From a virus (taxonomy: Duplodnaviria; Caudoviricetes), in the IMG/VR virus record IMGVR_UViG_3300037501_000255: a stretch of 64,000 nucleotides of DNA; one strand, 5' to 3'. This document shows positions 1 to 9,997 of this stretch, one piece after another. The first letter of the stretch is position 1; each line of letters begins with the position of its first letter. A program made the translations under genes and the position numbers. The notes under the pieces were generated by a model, which worked only from the letters and a program-made list of their open reading frames with translations, made no database searches and was not told the DNA's origin.

Positions 1-3000
1 ACTGATAGTTAAGATCTAGACTCTGCCCCGCTACTACAGATGGTTGACGATCACGCAAGGAGAATCTAACATTATCCATTCTAGCCATTGCATTACCGGT
101 ACCCTCATAAGAGTTGCCTAGCGTAATATTTGCAAGAGTATCTTTAATATCTATATTTGTAGTCATGAAGTTTGAGTCAATTACGCCACTTGATCCGTAA
201 GTGACTCCGATACCGTAGTTGAGGCCGGGCGAACCCCAGGTGATGACACCGCCCTCTACCCCGTCTACCCATAGACGCATACGATCCTTATTATCCTGAT
301 TATTTACATTGTACGTAGCCATTACGCGGTGCCACGTATTTCTAGCCCAACCTATAGGATAGGATATAAGGCTGGTTGATACCGATGAGCGTATTTCGAA
401 ATTAAGGTACCCGTACCCATCCTTGTATATAGATATACGATCGCCAAGAGCATCTATTGGTGTGTATGCTACACTGACCAACGTATTCTGGGTTGGAAGC
501 GCCTGTTTGAGCGTGATCGTTTTGCCGTCCAAGCCTAGTTTACTGTCTTGAGCATAATCTACGCCTGAACCGGTGTCGGTTACAAGACGAATGCTGTTAA
601 TGCTTCGGGCACGATTAATCAACTTGATGGTGTTCCTGGTGATTGAAGTCACCTGTACGGACTGCATGGATGTAATATCCACATAGTATCGTGTGTTTTC
701 CATATCATCATATACGTCAATTGCTGGGCTTATCCAGAATTCTATTGTGCCAGCATCCTGACGTATTATACCATCATCATTAGAGAATATTACAGGCTTT
801 TCACCAGTCAGAACAATGCAGTCTCCAAATGATGCATTGACACTGCGACTATTGGTTAAATATTTTCGATTATATGTCTTATATGTATCAGATGAATTCA
901 ATTGGTTATCATCGAATTGTAATAGAAGTAGCGTTTGAGGTGTTGGGGCGGCCGGTGTGGGCTCCAGATAATATCTTGTTATCGACTTCTCATCGGCAGG
1001 GGGCTCCTCGCCCGCGCGCACGTCCATAAGCATTTCATTTAACATGTGCACTTCATCTATAGTGCCGTTAAGTGCATTATTACCATTTATATCTGTACCT
1101 ATACACAGCTTTCCTTTAGAATCCAACTCTATTGTTAGTGGAGTAGGGTATTCTATCAAATAGAATGTTGGCTCAAGATTGAATGGCAGACCGCCGCTAC
1201 CAAAAATGAGCAGGCGGAAGTTTCCGTTATAGTAACTCAGTATTTGAGCATAGTCTCCATTATTTTCTGAGCGTGTAAGCGATACATCTTCAACGATCTC
1301 CACAGCGCCCAGGGATTCGTACCCATCAAAACCATTAAATGTAAACGCTATAGTGCTGATGGATGTGAAGTAATTTGTTGTTACAAAATTTCCATATCCA
1401 GTAAATGTTACAGTTTCAGCTAATGGTCCAAAACCAAAAACAGTGCCCGTAATTACCGCCTGATTAATGGAGCTGAAGTTTATGTTGTTTGTGCCATGTA
1501 GAGTCAAGCGCAGACGTTTTCCGGCTACAGTATTAGATGGCTGCGGTACAGAGGCGAATGTGCCTGTAATTGTCGTCCCCGATTGGACAAAGTATCCATC
1601 AGTTATATAACCATCAGAATTATCTTCTATAGAAATGCGATCAAATATATATTTGTATATATCAACGTTCAAAAGCGACTGTGGCGGAATAAAGTTTGTT
1701 TTTAATCGATTATCTGATGTATATTTATATATCTTATCTCTGATGCGACCACGCGTCAATCCCAATGTATTGACGAAAACACGATCACCTACCGATACGC
1801 CTGAATTAATTTTGAGAATATTGGAGCCTGCTGTACGAGATACTGTGTATTGCGGATTGGTCGCGCCTAGGCCACGTAACTCTATTGGCTCACCGCCCGC
1901 AGACTGTGTATATACAGCGAATGGCTCGAGATCAATATCCGCTGTCACTGAGAGAGAGAGCTGATTTGCTGTCCAATTCACATTAGATAATGAAAGTGTA
2001 AGTGGAGAGGCTAGAGTTACCTGCGTCTGACTCAATATACTGGTGATTGTGTGTGGGCTCGCCGCGCCATCGCTGGTCGGGTCTAGAATGACAAGCTGAT
2101 CTCCGATATTAATACCGTTCGTGATAAACGCTGCCGAAGAAGACGTAAATATGTTTGACGCTGCGACAGTTACGCCGTCGGCGCCGCCAATTGTATTTTG
2201 CGTGGCAGAGCTTAATATTTCTTCTGTCGCATTTGTACGATAGAGATCAGTGCCTAGGATTGGTGCAGGTTTACCACCGAACTTCCAATTGTTTGCTACT
2301 TCTTGACCATCAATAAATAGATGCATCTCGTCAATGCTATCTGCCGAATTAAATCTCCAAGAGAGTGCAACCTGATGATCTTCTCCTGCTAGCCAACTCT
2401 GAATATTCGCAGAAATGGCATATGCTCGTGGGCGGGCCGGTCGTGTGCGCCCATTTTTATCAAAAACTCTGCCGACAATATAACCTGAACCATCTTTAAA
2501 TAGAGAAATTCTATTATGAGTGGTACTTAGGCCTGTATCAAAAATGTAGTGTATGTTGTCAGATGAAAGGTCTATACCGTCAGACAATAGATATCCGTCT
2601 ACACCATCATATCCGTCGATAGTTGTGGAGAATTTTATATAGTTATCTGTAGTATAGAAAGCGTCAGACACCTCATTGATAAATAGGTTGCTGTCATATC
2701 CATCAGTTATATTGTAGAATTGGCCTGTTGTTGTGATTTCTGTAGTAAAGTCTACACCGTCACTCGCCCAAGCCTGCCAGCGCATCTTCCAACGATTTTC
2801 TATATCATCATACCATATAAAATATCCCTTATCAGTACTTATATTATATGGCCTTCCAATTGGACTATTGGGGTATGGGTCAAAACGTGATACTGTAAAC
2901 GGCATTCCTAATGGATTGAATGCTGTTTCACCTATAAAGATGTCTCCTAATGACAGCGAGTAGCCGTCATTAAGACCATAATTGTAGAACCAATTCATCC

Positions 3001-6000
3001 CATCATATCCGTCGTAGCCGTCGCCTATCGCATAACCATCTTGTGTTATATGGAAGGTGAGTGAGGCGTCGTTGTCTAGACCCCGCCAGTCTGGCGCCAG
3101 AGTTGTAATAAATGTGCCTTCACGGTGTGAGACGTATGCTTCTGCCGGGTATTCTATCAAATCCCCATCGGCTATATGCGCACCGATATTGCGGCCTGCA
3201 GGACGGTATTCTACACTCCCGCCAGTGCGCGGTGGGGCGAGGTATAGGTTGTCACGATCGGCAGTCCATTCGTTGAAATCCAGCTCGCGTATAACCGGGT
3301 CAACCTTAGTAATGCTTGATACCATCTTTGTGATAGCAGCGTTCGTCGGGCCCGTTAGGAATGCCTGAAGGGCGCCGATTACGGCACTGCGATACATCTC
3401 TCGGTCAAAGCTAAGATCGAATGTGGTGAGTTCCGGAATTTGTGTGAGGCTACCAAAGTTAGCCAATAGCGCTTGGCGTAATGCACCATAACGATATGTG
3501 ACGTAGTACTCGTCACCATATGACAGGGTGTCACTTATGCTAAAATCTAGTTCATTATCTCCATATTCATAGCTAACAATTAAACTGTCATAGACATAAT
3601 CATAGTTAAAGAATAGATTTCCAACATCGTAATCTATTAACAATGCATCCCCCGCCGTGAGTGTTGCCACAAGCGGATTTCGCATTGTAATCGTGTTGCC
3701 ACTAAATGTGTCGACTGACGGGTCATAGTAATTTACCAGCTGATGTGCCGGGAGTGTCTGTAATTCGTTTATAGAATAAATACCATTGATGCTACGTATG
3801 TCAAAATTAGTTGCTGCCGTATATCCATCAGAAAAATCAATATCGAATAGTGACCATTGTACTGATTTATCACTATCGGTAAATGGAAGATCTACTACAA
3901 CTGTGTTGGTGGACAGGACTGCTGTGATTTGTCTATCGAAATCATCTGGAAATCTAATGTAGTGATACCCGTCCGCATGCGAGTTGGAGAATGCGGCGTC
4001 CAGAGCCACAAATGTTGTCGATCCAACAGTTCTCTGCCCCTCAACTCCATGCTGTTTCAGACCCAGTATGCTCAACTTATTTGTATTATTTGATAGGAAT
4101 CTTTCTCCAGCTGGAAGAAGCGAGTTAACATCTACATAATCTGATGTATTTGAAAAATTTGCAATGTCATATATTGATTCTGTTACGTTGGTTAGTTTGT
4201 ATGAGACGCTATTGACACCAGATATCCGTGGGCGCTGCGTGTAGTGGCGCGCGTGGGCGTAGTTAATCTCTCCAAATAGTTCATTATCGACATCTGTACG
4301 TAGATATACTGAGCCAGATTCATAATCTATTAAATAGTATCCATCTGAACTTAGCTTTAGCAAGTTTGCTGATAATGTTTGAAGTGCACCATCGTAGAAA
4401 AATTCAGATTGGAATATATCTGTGTTTGTAAAAGAGACTGATGAGTTTACCGGCGAACCTATGTACTTTCCAGTGGCAGAGACAATTTTTGAATTTTTGA
4501 GTTCGAACTTAACTATTTTACTAGTTAATGAAGTCGATACGACTTCGGATACAATTAGATTCTCACCAACAACCCTCTCAAAATCAGCAAATTCATTCTC
4601 GACTGTTTGAATTCTAGGCAGTTGTGAGCCGGATATCTGAATCATATAATCATTGAATCTATTAATCAGATATCTCTCACCAGTAGTTTCGTTGTATACA
4701 CGAAACGCATTTGTTATTGGATAATGCTTTGTGATGATCTTATTTGCAGATAGTAGTCTGTTTTCTACCAGCTCATCTATAACTTCCTTATGTACTAGAG
4801 CTAGATAATCTGTGCCCTCGGCTAGGACAAACTCGTAGTCGAATGTAATTTTTGTATTAGTCAGTCCAATTAGATTTCGCAGTGAAATCGCAGCTAGTTC
4901 ATCGGTATCGGGCTCGAATGTATAGTCTATTCCGCTAATGAAATATTTTCGATACGTATAATTTGCTACCGGCGGCACTCCGCCTGTACCATTATTTGTT
5001 GTAGCGCCATATACGAAGACCTGACCGGTTTCGTAATTAATGCTGTATTCGCCAGGAGCTGATGGGAGGCGAGCCTGATCATAAGCTATTTCTTTATTGA
5101 ACGCTGGGTGAGTTGTGGTGTAAGGAATGCCCGATGGTGGATTTGGATCTAGAAATACCACTCCAGCACTGGTTGCGACCACATCTGAGCTGGTTACAAT
5201 TGGGGCATAATTTAGGAAAAATGTATTCTGAAGAGCTCCTATCGGTTCACGCACTACGCTATTTAATTGTGTAACTGAAACTGTATCTGAATTAACATTA
5301 ACGCCATTATGTATGTATGAATATGATACGACCAGCGTGTCTGTGGGCTGTGGTTCTGGAAAATATCCATCTAGTATTGCTGCTTCAGATAACTTAAATT
5401 GTCTATTTGACAATGTTTGTAGCGACGTGGCATATTGAGTATCATATCTATTGTTCAATACTGAGTACTTATATCTAGGAATATCATATATGTACTCATT
5501 GAAATTAGAATCAATGAGTTTTATAGCATGTATTTGCGCTATATTTGACTTTGATAGTGTTATTATAGTATTTTCGAATGAGTTTGATACAGTTTCAGTG
5601 TTGGAAACGTTTTCCTCTTCAATATATACTGACCTAAGTGAGATCGGATCTGGCGGAAAGGACGATATGACGGGGTTCGCCTTGTAATAATCATCGCCAA
5701 GGAGATTTTGGGCAACACTGGGATCGAATAGTATTGATTTTGTAACCTCTGTGCCCTCGGGAGTTGTTGCTACGCGCAAGACCTCGAAAGCACCTTCGTT
5801 ATTGAGGCGATCTGTCGCCGAATAGCCGCGTTTTTTGATTTCATTGTCTACTTGAACAGATAGGTAGTTTGCATTTCCAGTTTCAAAAATATCGTGGCGT
5901 GCTAGCGACAGCTGTTCGGCCATATTTGCAATATGGTTTCTTACCGGAGTGGGCGATTCGACATCATAAACATCGGGCATATCATCTAGCATTTGCGTGC

Positions 6001-6331
6001 GGAGAGCATTCTCATCCTCAATGCCGATAAAAATGTATTTATTACTATCACCATCTTCCTGTAGTATGTCATTATTTATACTTGTGAATGGCTGAGATGG
6101 CGTGGACTTAAATACTGCAGAATACAATACTAATGGAAATTGCGGAGAAGTGTTTACTGTCAAAACATCGCCAGATACCTCCACTGACTTAACCGTGAGG
6201 GCCGGGATGTTGGCAATATTGGATTCAATCGCAACATTTGCGATGCCTATGGCGCTACTGAGATCATCTGAAAACTGTGCCTGTATTTGTGTAGATGATC
6301 TGTTTAAAAATCTGCGTATTCTAAGGGTCAT
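1..6331 (-). CDS. Very large baseplate wedge-like virion protein with C-terminal LamG/concanavalin-like domains (3' partial, at least 2110 aa)
   Basis: Not in the ORF track, probably because it has no stop inside the window. ATG at 6331 directly follows the TAATAA stops of the upstream gene (MTLRIRRFLNRSSTQIQAQFSDDL...). Hand translation was in frame and stop-free at every region checked (e.g. 2-300, 602-890, 3362-3400, 5770-6331), but not every codon was checked. Contains a wedge-like segment FDREMYRSAVIGALQAFLTGPTNAAITKMVSSIT and LamG-like segments (HQVALSWRFNSADSIDEMHLFIDGQEV; DRMRLWVDGVEGG...ARMDNVRFS). Lies after the baseplate J-like gene. Confidence 0.8.
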   Translation of the reverse strand, partial: MTLRIRRFLNRSSTQIQAQFSDDLSSAIGIANVAIESNIANIPALTVKSVEVSGDVLTVNTSPQFPLVLYSAVFKSTPSQPFTSINNDILQEDGDSNKYIFIGIEDENALRTQMLDDMPDVYDVESPTPVRNHIANMAEQLSLARHDIFETGNANYLSVQVDNEIKKRGYSATDRLNNEGAFEVLRVATTPEGTEVTKSILFDPSVAQNLLGDDYYKANPVISSFPPDPISLRSVYIEEENVSNTETVSNSFENTIITLSKSNIAQIHAIKLIDSNFNEYIYDIPRYKYSVLNNRYDTQYATSLQTLSNRQFKLSEAAILDGYFPEPQPTDTLVVSYSYIHNGVNVNSDTVSVTQLNSVVREPIGALQNTFFLNYAPIVTSSDVVATSAGVVFLDPNPPSGIPYTTTHPAFNKEIAYDQARLPSAPGEYSINYETGQVFVYGATTNNGTGGVPPVANYTYRKYFISGIDYTFEPDTDELAAISLRNLIGLTNTKITFDYEFVLAEGTDYLALVHKEVIDELVENRLLSANKIITKHYPITNAFRVYNETTGERYLINRFNDYMIQISGSQLPRIQTVENEFADFERVVGENLIVSEVVSTSLTSKIVKFELKNSKIVSATGKYIGSPVNSSVSFTNTDIFQSEFFYDGALQTLSANLLKLSSDGYYLIDYESGSVYLRTDVDNELFGEINYAHARHYTQRPRISGVNSVSYKLTNVTESIYDIANFSNTSDYVDVNSLLPAGERFLSNNTNKLSILGLKQHGVEGQRTVGSTTFVALDAAFSNSHADGYHYIRFPDDFDRQITAVLSTNTVVVDLPFTDSDKSVQWSLFDIDFSDGYTAATNFDIRSINGIYSINELQTLPAHQLVNYYDPSVDTFSGNTITMRNPLVATLTAGDALLIDYDVGNLFFNYDYVYDSLIVSYEYGDNELDFSISDTLSYGDEYYVTYRYGALRQALLANFGSLTQIPELTTFDLSFDREMYRSAVIGALQAFLTGPTNAAITKMVSSITKVDPVIRELDFNEWTADRDNLYLAPPRTGGSVEYRPAGRNIGAHIADGDLIEYPAEAYVSHREGTFITTLAPDWRGLDNDASLTFHITQDGYAIGDGYDGYDGMNWFYNYGLNDGYSLSLGDIFIGETAFNPLGMPFTVSRFDPYPNSPIGRPYNISTDKGYFIWYDDIENRWKMRWQAWASDGVDFTTEITTTGQFYNITDGYDSNLFINEVSDAFYTTDNYIKFSTTIDGYDGVDGYLLSDGIDLSSDNIHYIFDTGLSTTHNRISLFKDGSGYIVGRVFDKNGRTRPARPRAYAISANIQSWLAGEDHQVALSWRFNSADSIDEMHLFIDGQEVANNWKFGGKPAPILGTDLYRTNATEEILSSATQNTIGGADGVTVAASNIFTSSSAAFITNGINIGDQLVILDPTSDGAASPHTITSILSQTQVTLASPLTLSLSNVNWTANQLSLSVTADIDLEPFAVYTQSAGGEPIELRGLGATNPQYTVSRTAGSNILKINSGVSVGDRVFVNTLGLTRGRIRDKIYKYTSDNRLKTNFIPPQSLLNVDIYKYIFDRISIEDNSDGYITDGYFVQSGTTITGTFASVPQPSNTVAGKRLRLTLHGTNNINFSSINQAVITGTVFGFGPLAETVTFTGYGNFVTTNYFTSISTIAFTFNGFDGYESLGAVEIVEDVSLTRSENNGDYAQILSYYNGNFRLLIFGSGGLPFNLEPTFYLIEYPTPLTIELDSKGKLCIGTDINGNNALNGTIDEVHMLNEMLMDVRAGEEPPADEKSITRYYLEPTPAAPTPQTLLLLQFDDNQLNSSDTYKTYNRKYLTNSRSVNASFGDCIVLTGEKPVIFSNDDGIIRQDAGTIEFWISPAIDVYDDMENTRYYVDITSMQSVQVTSITRNTIKLINRARSINSIRLVTDTGSGVDYAQDSKLGLDGKTITLKQALPTQNTLVSVAYTPIDALGDRISIYKDGYGYLNFEIRSSVSTSLISYPIGWARNTWHRVMATYNVNNQDNKDRMRLWVDGVEGGVITWGSPGLNYGIGVTYGSSGVIDSNFMTTNIDIKDTLANITLGNSYEGTGNAMARMDNVRFSLRDRQPSVVAGQSLDLNYQ

Positions 6332-6334
6332 TTA

Positions 6335-9300
6335 TTACCTACTATCTTCAACTATAGATACTTCGCCCGGTACTATATATTGATTCCTATCCGCCGATAT
6401 ACTTTTCACTACACCTGTCTTACCTGATAAGTTAAATTTTGTAATCACTACCCTGTCCACTCCTGCAACCTGATATGCGGCACTAATGAGATCGGAGGCA
6501 TCAAGCGTAGTATTTAGACCAGTTGCTGTTGTAAATACTGTTAACGTCTGCTCGACGGACTGGAGAATACTGGATGTGTTTGCCACAGCGTTGCTAGCAA
6601 CCACAATCTTCATACCTATGTCCACCACAAGTGCAGATGCCTGCTTTACTAGCACATCTGCGGTTACAGGTCTTACCTTTTCAATGGCAAAAGTAGAGTC
6701 AGTAATAAGTTTATTGTAATTGTACTTTAATGTTATTCTCTCGCCTTCTTTTGGGGCTGTATAGGTGTACGTAGTGAGGTACCCAGTACCCGAGATGGGC
6801 TGATTCATTCCAGTTATTGTAATGTTGCCTGAAACAATACCGGAGGTATTTGTAAACCCGCTAGCTACGGCAATTGATGATACGTACGCGTACTTATATT
6901 TAGATACATACACGCCTGAGGCGCCGGCCACAAGGCTTTCCGAGTTGTTTGTATCACAGTAGTAGTAGACAACGCGTAGCTTTTGGCCTGTGGTAAATGA
7001 GTTATCTAGGTTGCTCTGCGTCTCCGACAAAGATATTTGCGTACGCGATAACAGGCTATTTACGAAACCTGTACCGTCAGAATATCTATTATCTAACAGC
7101 TCATAATTTAATGTATCGAATGAGAAATCTACGCTGCTCACGGTGTCATTTGCGACCGTAACTCTCTCCACCGATTCAAGTCTTGCAACAAATCCGCTCG
7201 CTGGAATATTTGACAATCCAAGTGAGTTTAATATACTTGATTGTAGATCTAGCGCTAAACCATTCTGCGTGACAGTTACAATGTCCTCAACCTTTTGCAA
7301 GGTATGTCCTATAATTGTTAGCCTTCCTCGACTTGGTGTGCCTTGTAGATTAATTCGCAGATATGATGGCGCATATCTTAAATTACGCACTATAGTTGAG
7401 CCAGAGTAAAGATTGGTTATAGGCTGTATGCCTGATGTTATGAGCGCTACAGTAAATGCATTTTGATTTCCTGTTGCCGGTAGCGACAGGAGTGATGTTG
7501 TCGGAAGTATAGAGGTTATGTCTGCCACGTAACTTACGTACATGGTCGTGCCTATCGGTAAATCGCTTACATTTGGCAGCTTAACCTGTGTACCTGTGAA
7601 TGTACCAAGATCATATCCGTCTGGAGAAAACCGGTCTGTAACATTATACTTTACCGTGGCGGCGGCGCCAAGTGGCAGAGTCGTGTCTGTAGGTAGCGTA
7701 ATTTCACTACCAGTATAAGAGCCATTGCTTAGCTTTGTATAGAACACCTCTTTATTGACATCATCTACGATGCTTAATATGTTAACAATCGGCGTAGAGA
7801 CTGTTATCTTACCGCCCACATTTGCGGATACCTCTTCCTGTATCGTACTTACATCTATAACTCGCGATACTGGATGAGTGACCGTAACATAGTAACCGTC
7901 AACCGTGGAGTATAGGAGGAGTTCTTCTTCAAGTTCTACTCTGTTTGAGAAGCCCCAATCTATGGAATCCTGCACTGTTCTGAAGTTACTTAATGCGGAT
8001 AGGTCATCAAAATCAATATCTGGATCATATATATTATCCCATAGATAACTTACTTCTATATTGTCAGTTGCTACAGGAAGAGTATTTCCAGCAATCGTAA
8101 TTCTGCCTGTGGTATTAGCCTCGCCTACCGCGCCATCTGGATTAGAATTCGAGACGGTATATCTCTCACCGGTTGTGGCATTGTAGACGCGATCAACCGC
8201 TATTATTGGGACGTGTTGTAGGGTTAGCGTTGCTCGATCCGTAGAGGAGAGTGTAGCTGCTTCATTCTTGAGTGTTATTTGCTGGTGGATATTTGGAAAT
8301 GATTGTACATCACTAAATGTTGTGGCGTCTTGGCCATTAAAGATGCCCTTTATGATCACTTCATCTTCCAATTTTATATTGTTACTTATCCATCGTAATT
8401 TATCAAATCCGAATGGACTGCTACCAAAAGCTCCGGTATCAGCTACGAGCTCGAAATTGCCAACCTCATTGCCGCTCTCATCAATATACTTCTGAATGAA
8501 ATTAGCGCCTGATGAACCGCCACTTACAGAAAGTATCTCTAGAACCGGCTGTAGCGGAAGCGTGCCTGCACGAATCGATTCCCGACGGCGCTGCTGGAAG
8601 TTGAGAGCAGTACTTATACCGCGCTGCCCTAAAATATAGTCATTTTTAGCATCTGTAGGGTCGCCTTTCCCACTAAGGTCTTTGTATATATATGACTCTA
8701 TTGCCTCTTCTGTGGCCTGACCCTGAATATAGAGATCTACTTTGCCGCCCGTGCCGGGGTCTACAACAATCTTCTTGCCGGAAGAGTCCACTGAAACTTG
8801 AGTGCCGTCACGGGTCATGAGGGGATCTCCAGGTTCTACGGCTAAAACATCTACAACTCTGGTATCGGCTCTTAGTGTATTGATGTAACCCAGCGCCGTT
8901 CCTATATTTGAGCCGGCAAAGATGCTGAGTATCCTAGCCCTGAAAGTAGCATCGCTTTCAACATTGGCACCGCCAGAAAATGTCTCAAGATTTGTAACTG
9001 CAGAAATTCCTGGCACACTGGCACTTGTCAGAGAATATTTGCTTATATTGCCGGCAGCACCTGGACTTACTGCCTCAACTGGCACCTCTATAGCATATTC
9101 ATCGGTAATTCCTGCAGTATCCAATTCTAATCGCAGTCTGGAAGCATTTGCCGCATATACTCCCGAATTAGATACGGACATCGTAGCTGCTATCATAGTA
9201 CGGAATCGTACGCCACTGCGTGAGGTGACTGCCGTATTTGCAGGTATAGCGATATCTGAATCTAGTGCTGTAGCCGTGAATACGGCTACTCCGCTTGCAG

Positions 9301-9553
9301 CGGCCCCACCGCCTCGTGTGGCGGAAAAGTTTGATGCCAAACGATCTAGACTGGAGCCCGTCGCGGTCGCGTAGGATTGTAGATTTGCTATGCTGCGCAA
9401 GTCGGCGTATAGGCGCGAAATCTCCTGTGCTGCAGGGTCTACAGCCACATCGCGAAAAACCGTACCTGGCTTTGTGTCTGCATTCGGCTGCAATAGCCTT
9501 ATATTATCCAACATTGAAAGTATAATGCTATCTAAACTTCTGAAATTAGCCAT
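6335..9553 (-). CDS. Baseplate J-like (gp47/T4 gp6-like) wedge protein with large internal insertion, 1072 aa
   Basis: N-terminus DTKPGTVFRD...LDRLASNF...RGGGAAASGVAVF...NLETFSGGANVESDATFRARI and C-terminal VRPVTADVLV...VAGVDRVVI match baseplate J architecture; directly follows the gp25-like gene. Confidence 0.85.
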   Translation of the reverse strand: MANFRSLDSIILSMLDNIRLLQPNADTKPGTVFRDVAVDPAAQEISRLYADLRSIANLQSYATATGSSLDRLASNFSATRGGGAAASGVAVFTATALDSDIAIPANTAVTSRSGVRFRTMIAATMSVSNSGVYAANASRLRLELDTAGITDEYAIEVPVEAVSPGAAGNISKYSLTSASVPGISAVTNLETFSGGANVESDATFRARILSIFAGSNIGTALGYINTLRADTRVVDVLAVEPGDPLMTRDGTQVSVDSSGKKIVVDPGTGGKVDLYIQGQATEEAIESYIYKDLSGKGDPTDAKNDYILGQRGISTALNFQQRRRESIRAGTLPLQPVLEILSVSGGSSGANFIQKYIDESGNEVGNFELVADTGAFGSSPFGFDKLRWISNNIKLEDEVIIKGIFNGQDATTFSDVQSFPNIHQQITLKNEAATLSSTDRATLTLQHVPIIAVDRVYNATTGERYTVSNSNPDGAVGEANTTGRITIAGNTLPVATDNIEVSYLWDNIYDPDIDFDDLSALSNFRTVQDSIDWGFSNRVELEEELLLYSTVDGYYVTVTHPVSRVIDVSTIQEEVSANVGGKITVSTPIVNILSIVDDVNKEVFYTKLSNGSYTGSEITLPTDTTLPLGAAATVKYNVTDRFSPDGYDLGTFTGTQVKLPNVSDLPIGTTMYVSYVADITSILPTTSLLSLPATGNQNAFTVALITSGIQPITNLYSGSTIVRNLRYAPSYLRINLQGTPSRGRLTIIGHTLQKVEDIVTVTQNGLALDLQSSILNSLGLSNIPASGFVARLESVERVTVANDTVSSVDFSFDTLNYELLDNRYSDGTGFVNSLLSRTQISLSETQSNLDNSFTTGQKLRVVYYYCDTNNSESLVAGASGVYVSKYKYAYVSSIAVASGFTNTSGIVSGNITITGMNQPISGTGYLTTYTYTAPKEGERITLKYNYNKLITDSTFAIEKVRPVTADVLVKQASALVVDIGMKIVVASNAVANTSSILQSVEQTLTVFTTATGLNTTLDASDLISAAYQVAGVDRVVITKFNLSGKTGVVKSISADRNQYIVPGEVSIVEDSR

Positions 9554-9561
9554 TTACGTTC

Positions 9562-9993
9562 CTATATCTGTATATCAAAGACTTCACGGATAACGCTTCC
9601 CTTTTTCGTTGTGACATCAATAACAATGTTATATTGCCGTGCATCATAAAGACTTCGCTGTACCTTTACATTCAATATTTGACTTAGCTGCTCATTTGGC
9701 GTTAGGTACTGTCCGTCTTTCAGCTGTAGTGCCTGGAGTTTCATCAAATTCGTCAAACAGAAATTTACAGCATCAGCTACCTCTGTTTCTAGAATATTAA
9801 ATGGCATTGCTTTGCCGATCACTCTGTCCCCCAACGGGCTCCCATACCACGGATTAAGTGCGGAGCTGCCTTGAGAGGTTAGAAGTATCTTTACGATATC
9901 TTGTTTTAGCTTGTCTTCATTGAAGATACGCTGAAGGGCGCCGTCGGAGCCGAAGCTGAAAGAGCCGTTGACTAGTTTAAGATCAAATGACAT
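9562..9993 (-). CDS. Baseplate wedge subunit / sheath initiator, gp25-like, 143 aa
   Basis: KLKQDIVKILLTSQGSSALNPWYGSPL motif, typical size, and position immediately upstream of baseplate J. Confidence 0.85.
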   Translation of the reverse strand: MSFDLKLVNGSFSFGSDGALQRIFNEDKLKQDIVKILLTSQGSSALNPWYGSPLGDRVIGKAMPFNILETEVADAVNFCLTNLMKLQALQLKDGQYLTPNEQLSQILNVKVQRSLYDARQYNIVIDVTTKKGSVIREVFDIQI

Positions 9994-9997
9994 GCAC

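Noticed and set aside
2591-3040. DGY clusters as a DNA repeat, CRISPR-like array or recombination site
   Set aside because: Synonymous positions vary and all copies checked are in the coding frame, so the signal is at protein level; there is no repeat-spacer periodicity.
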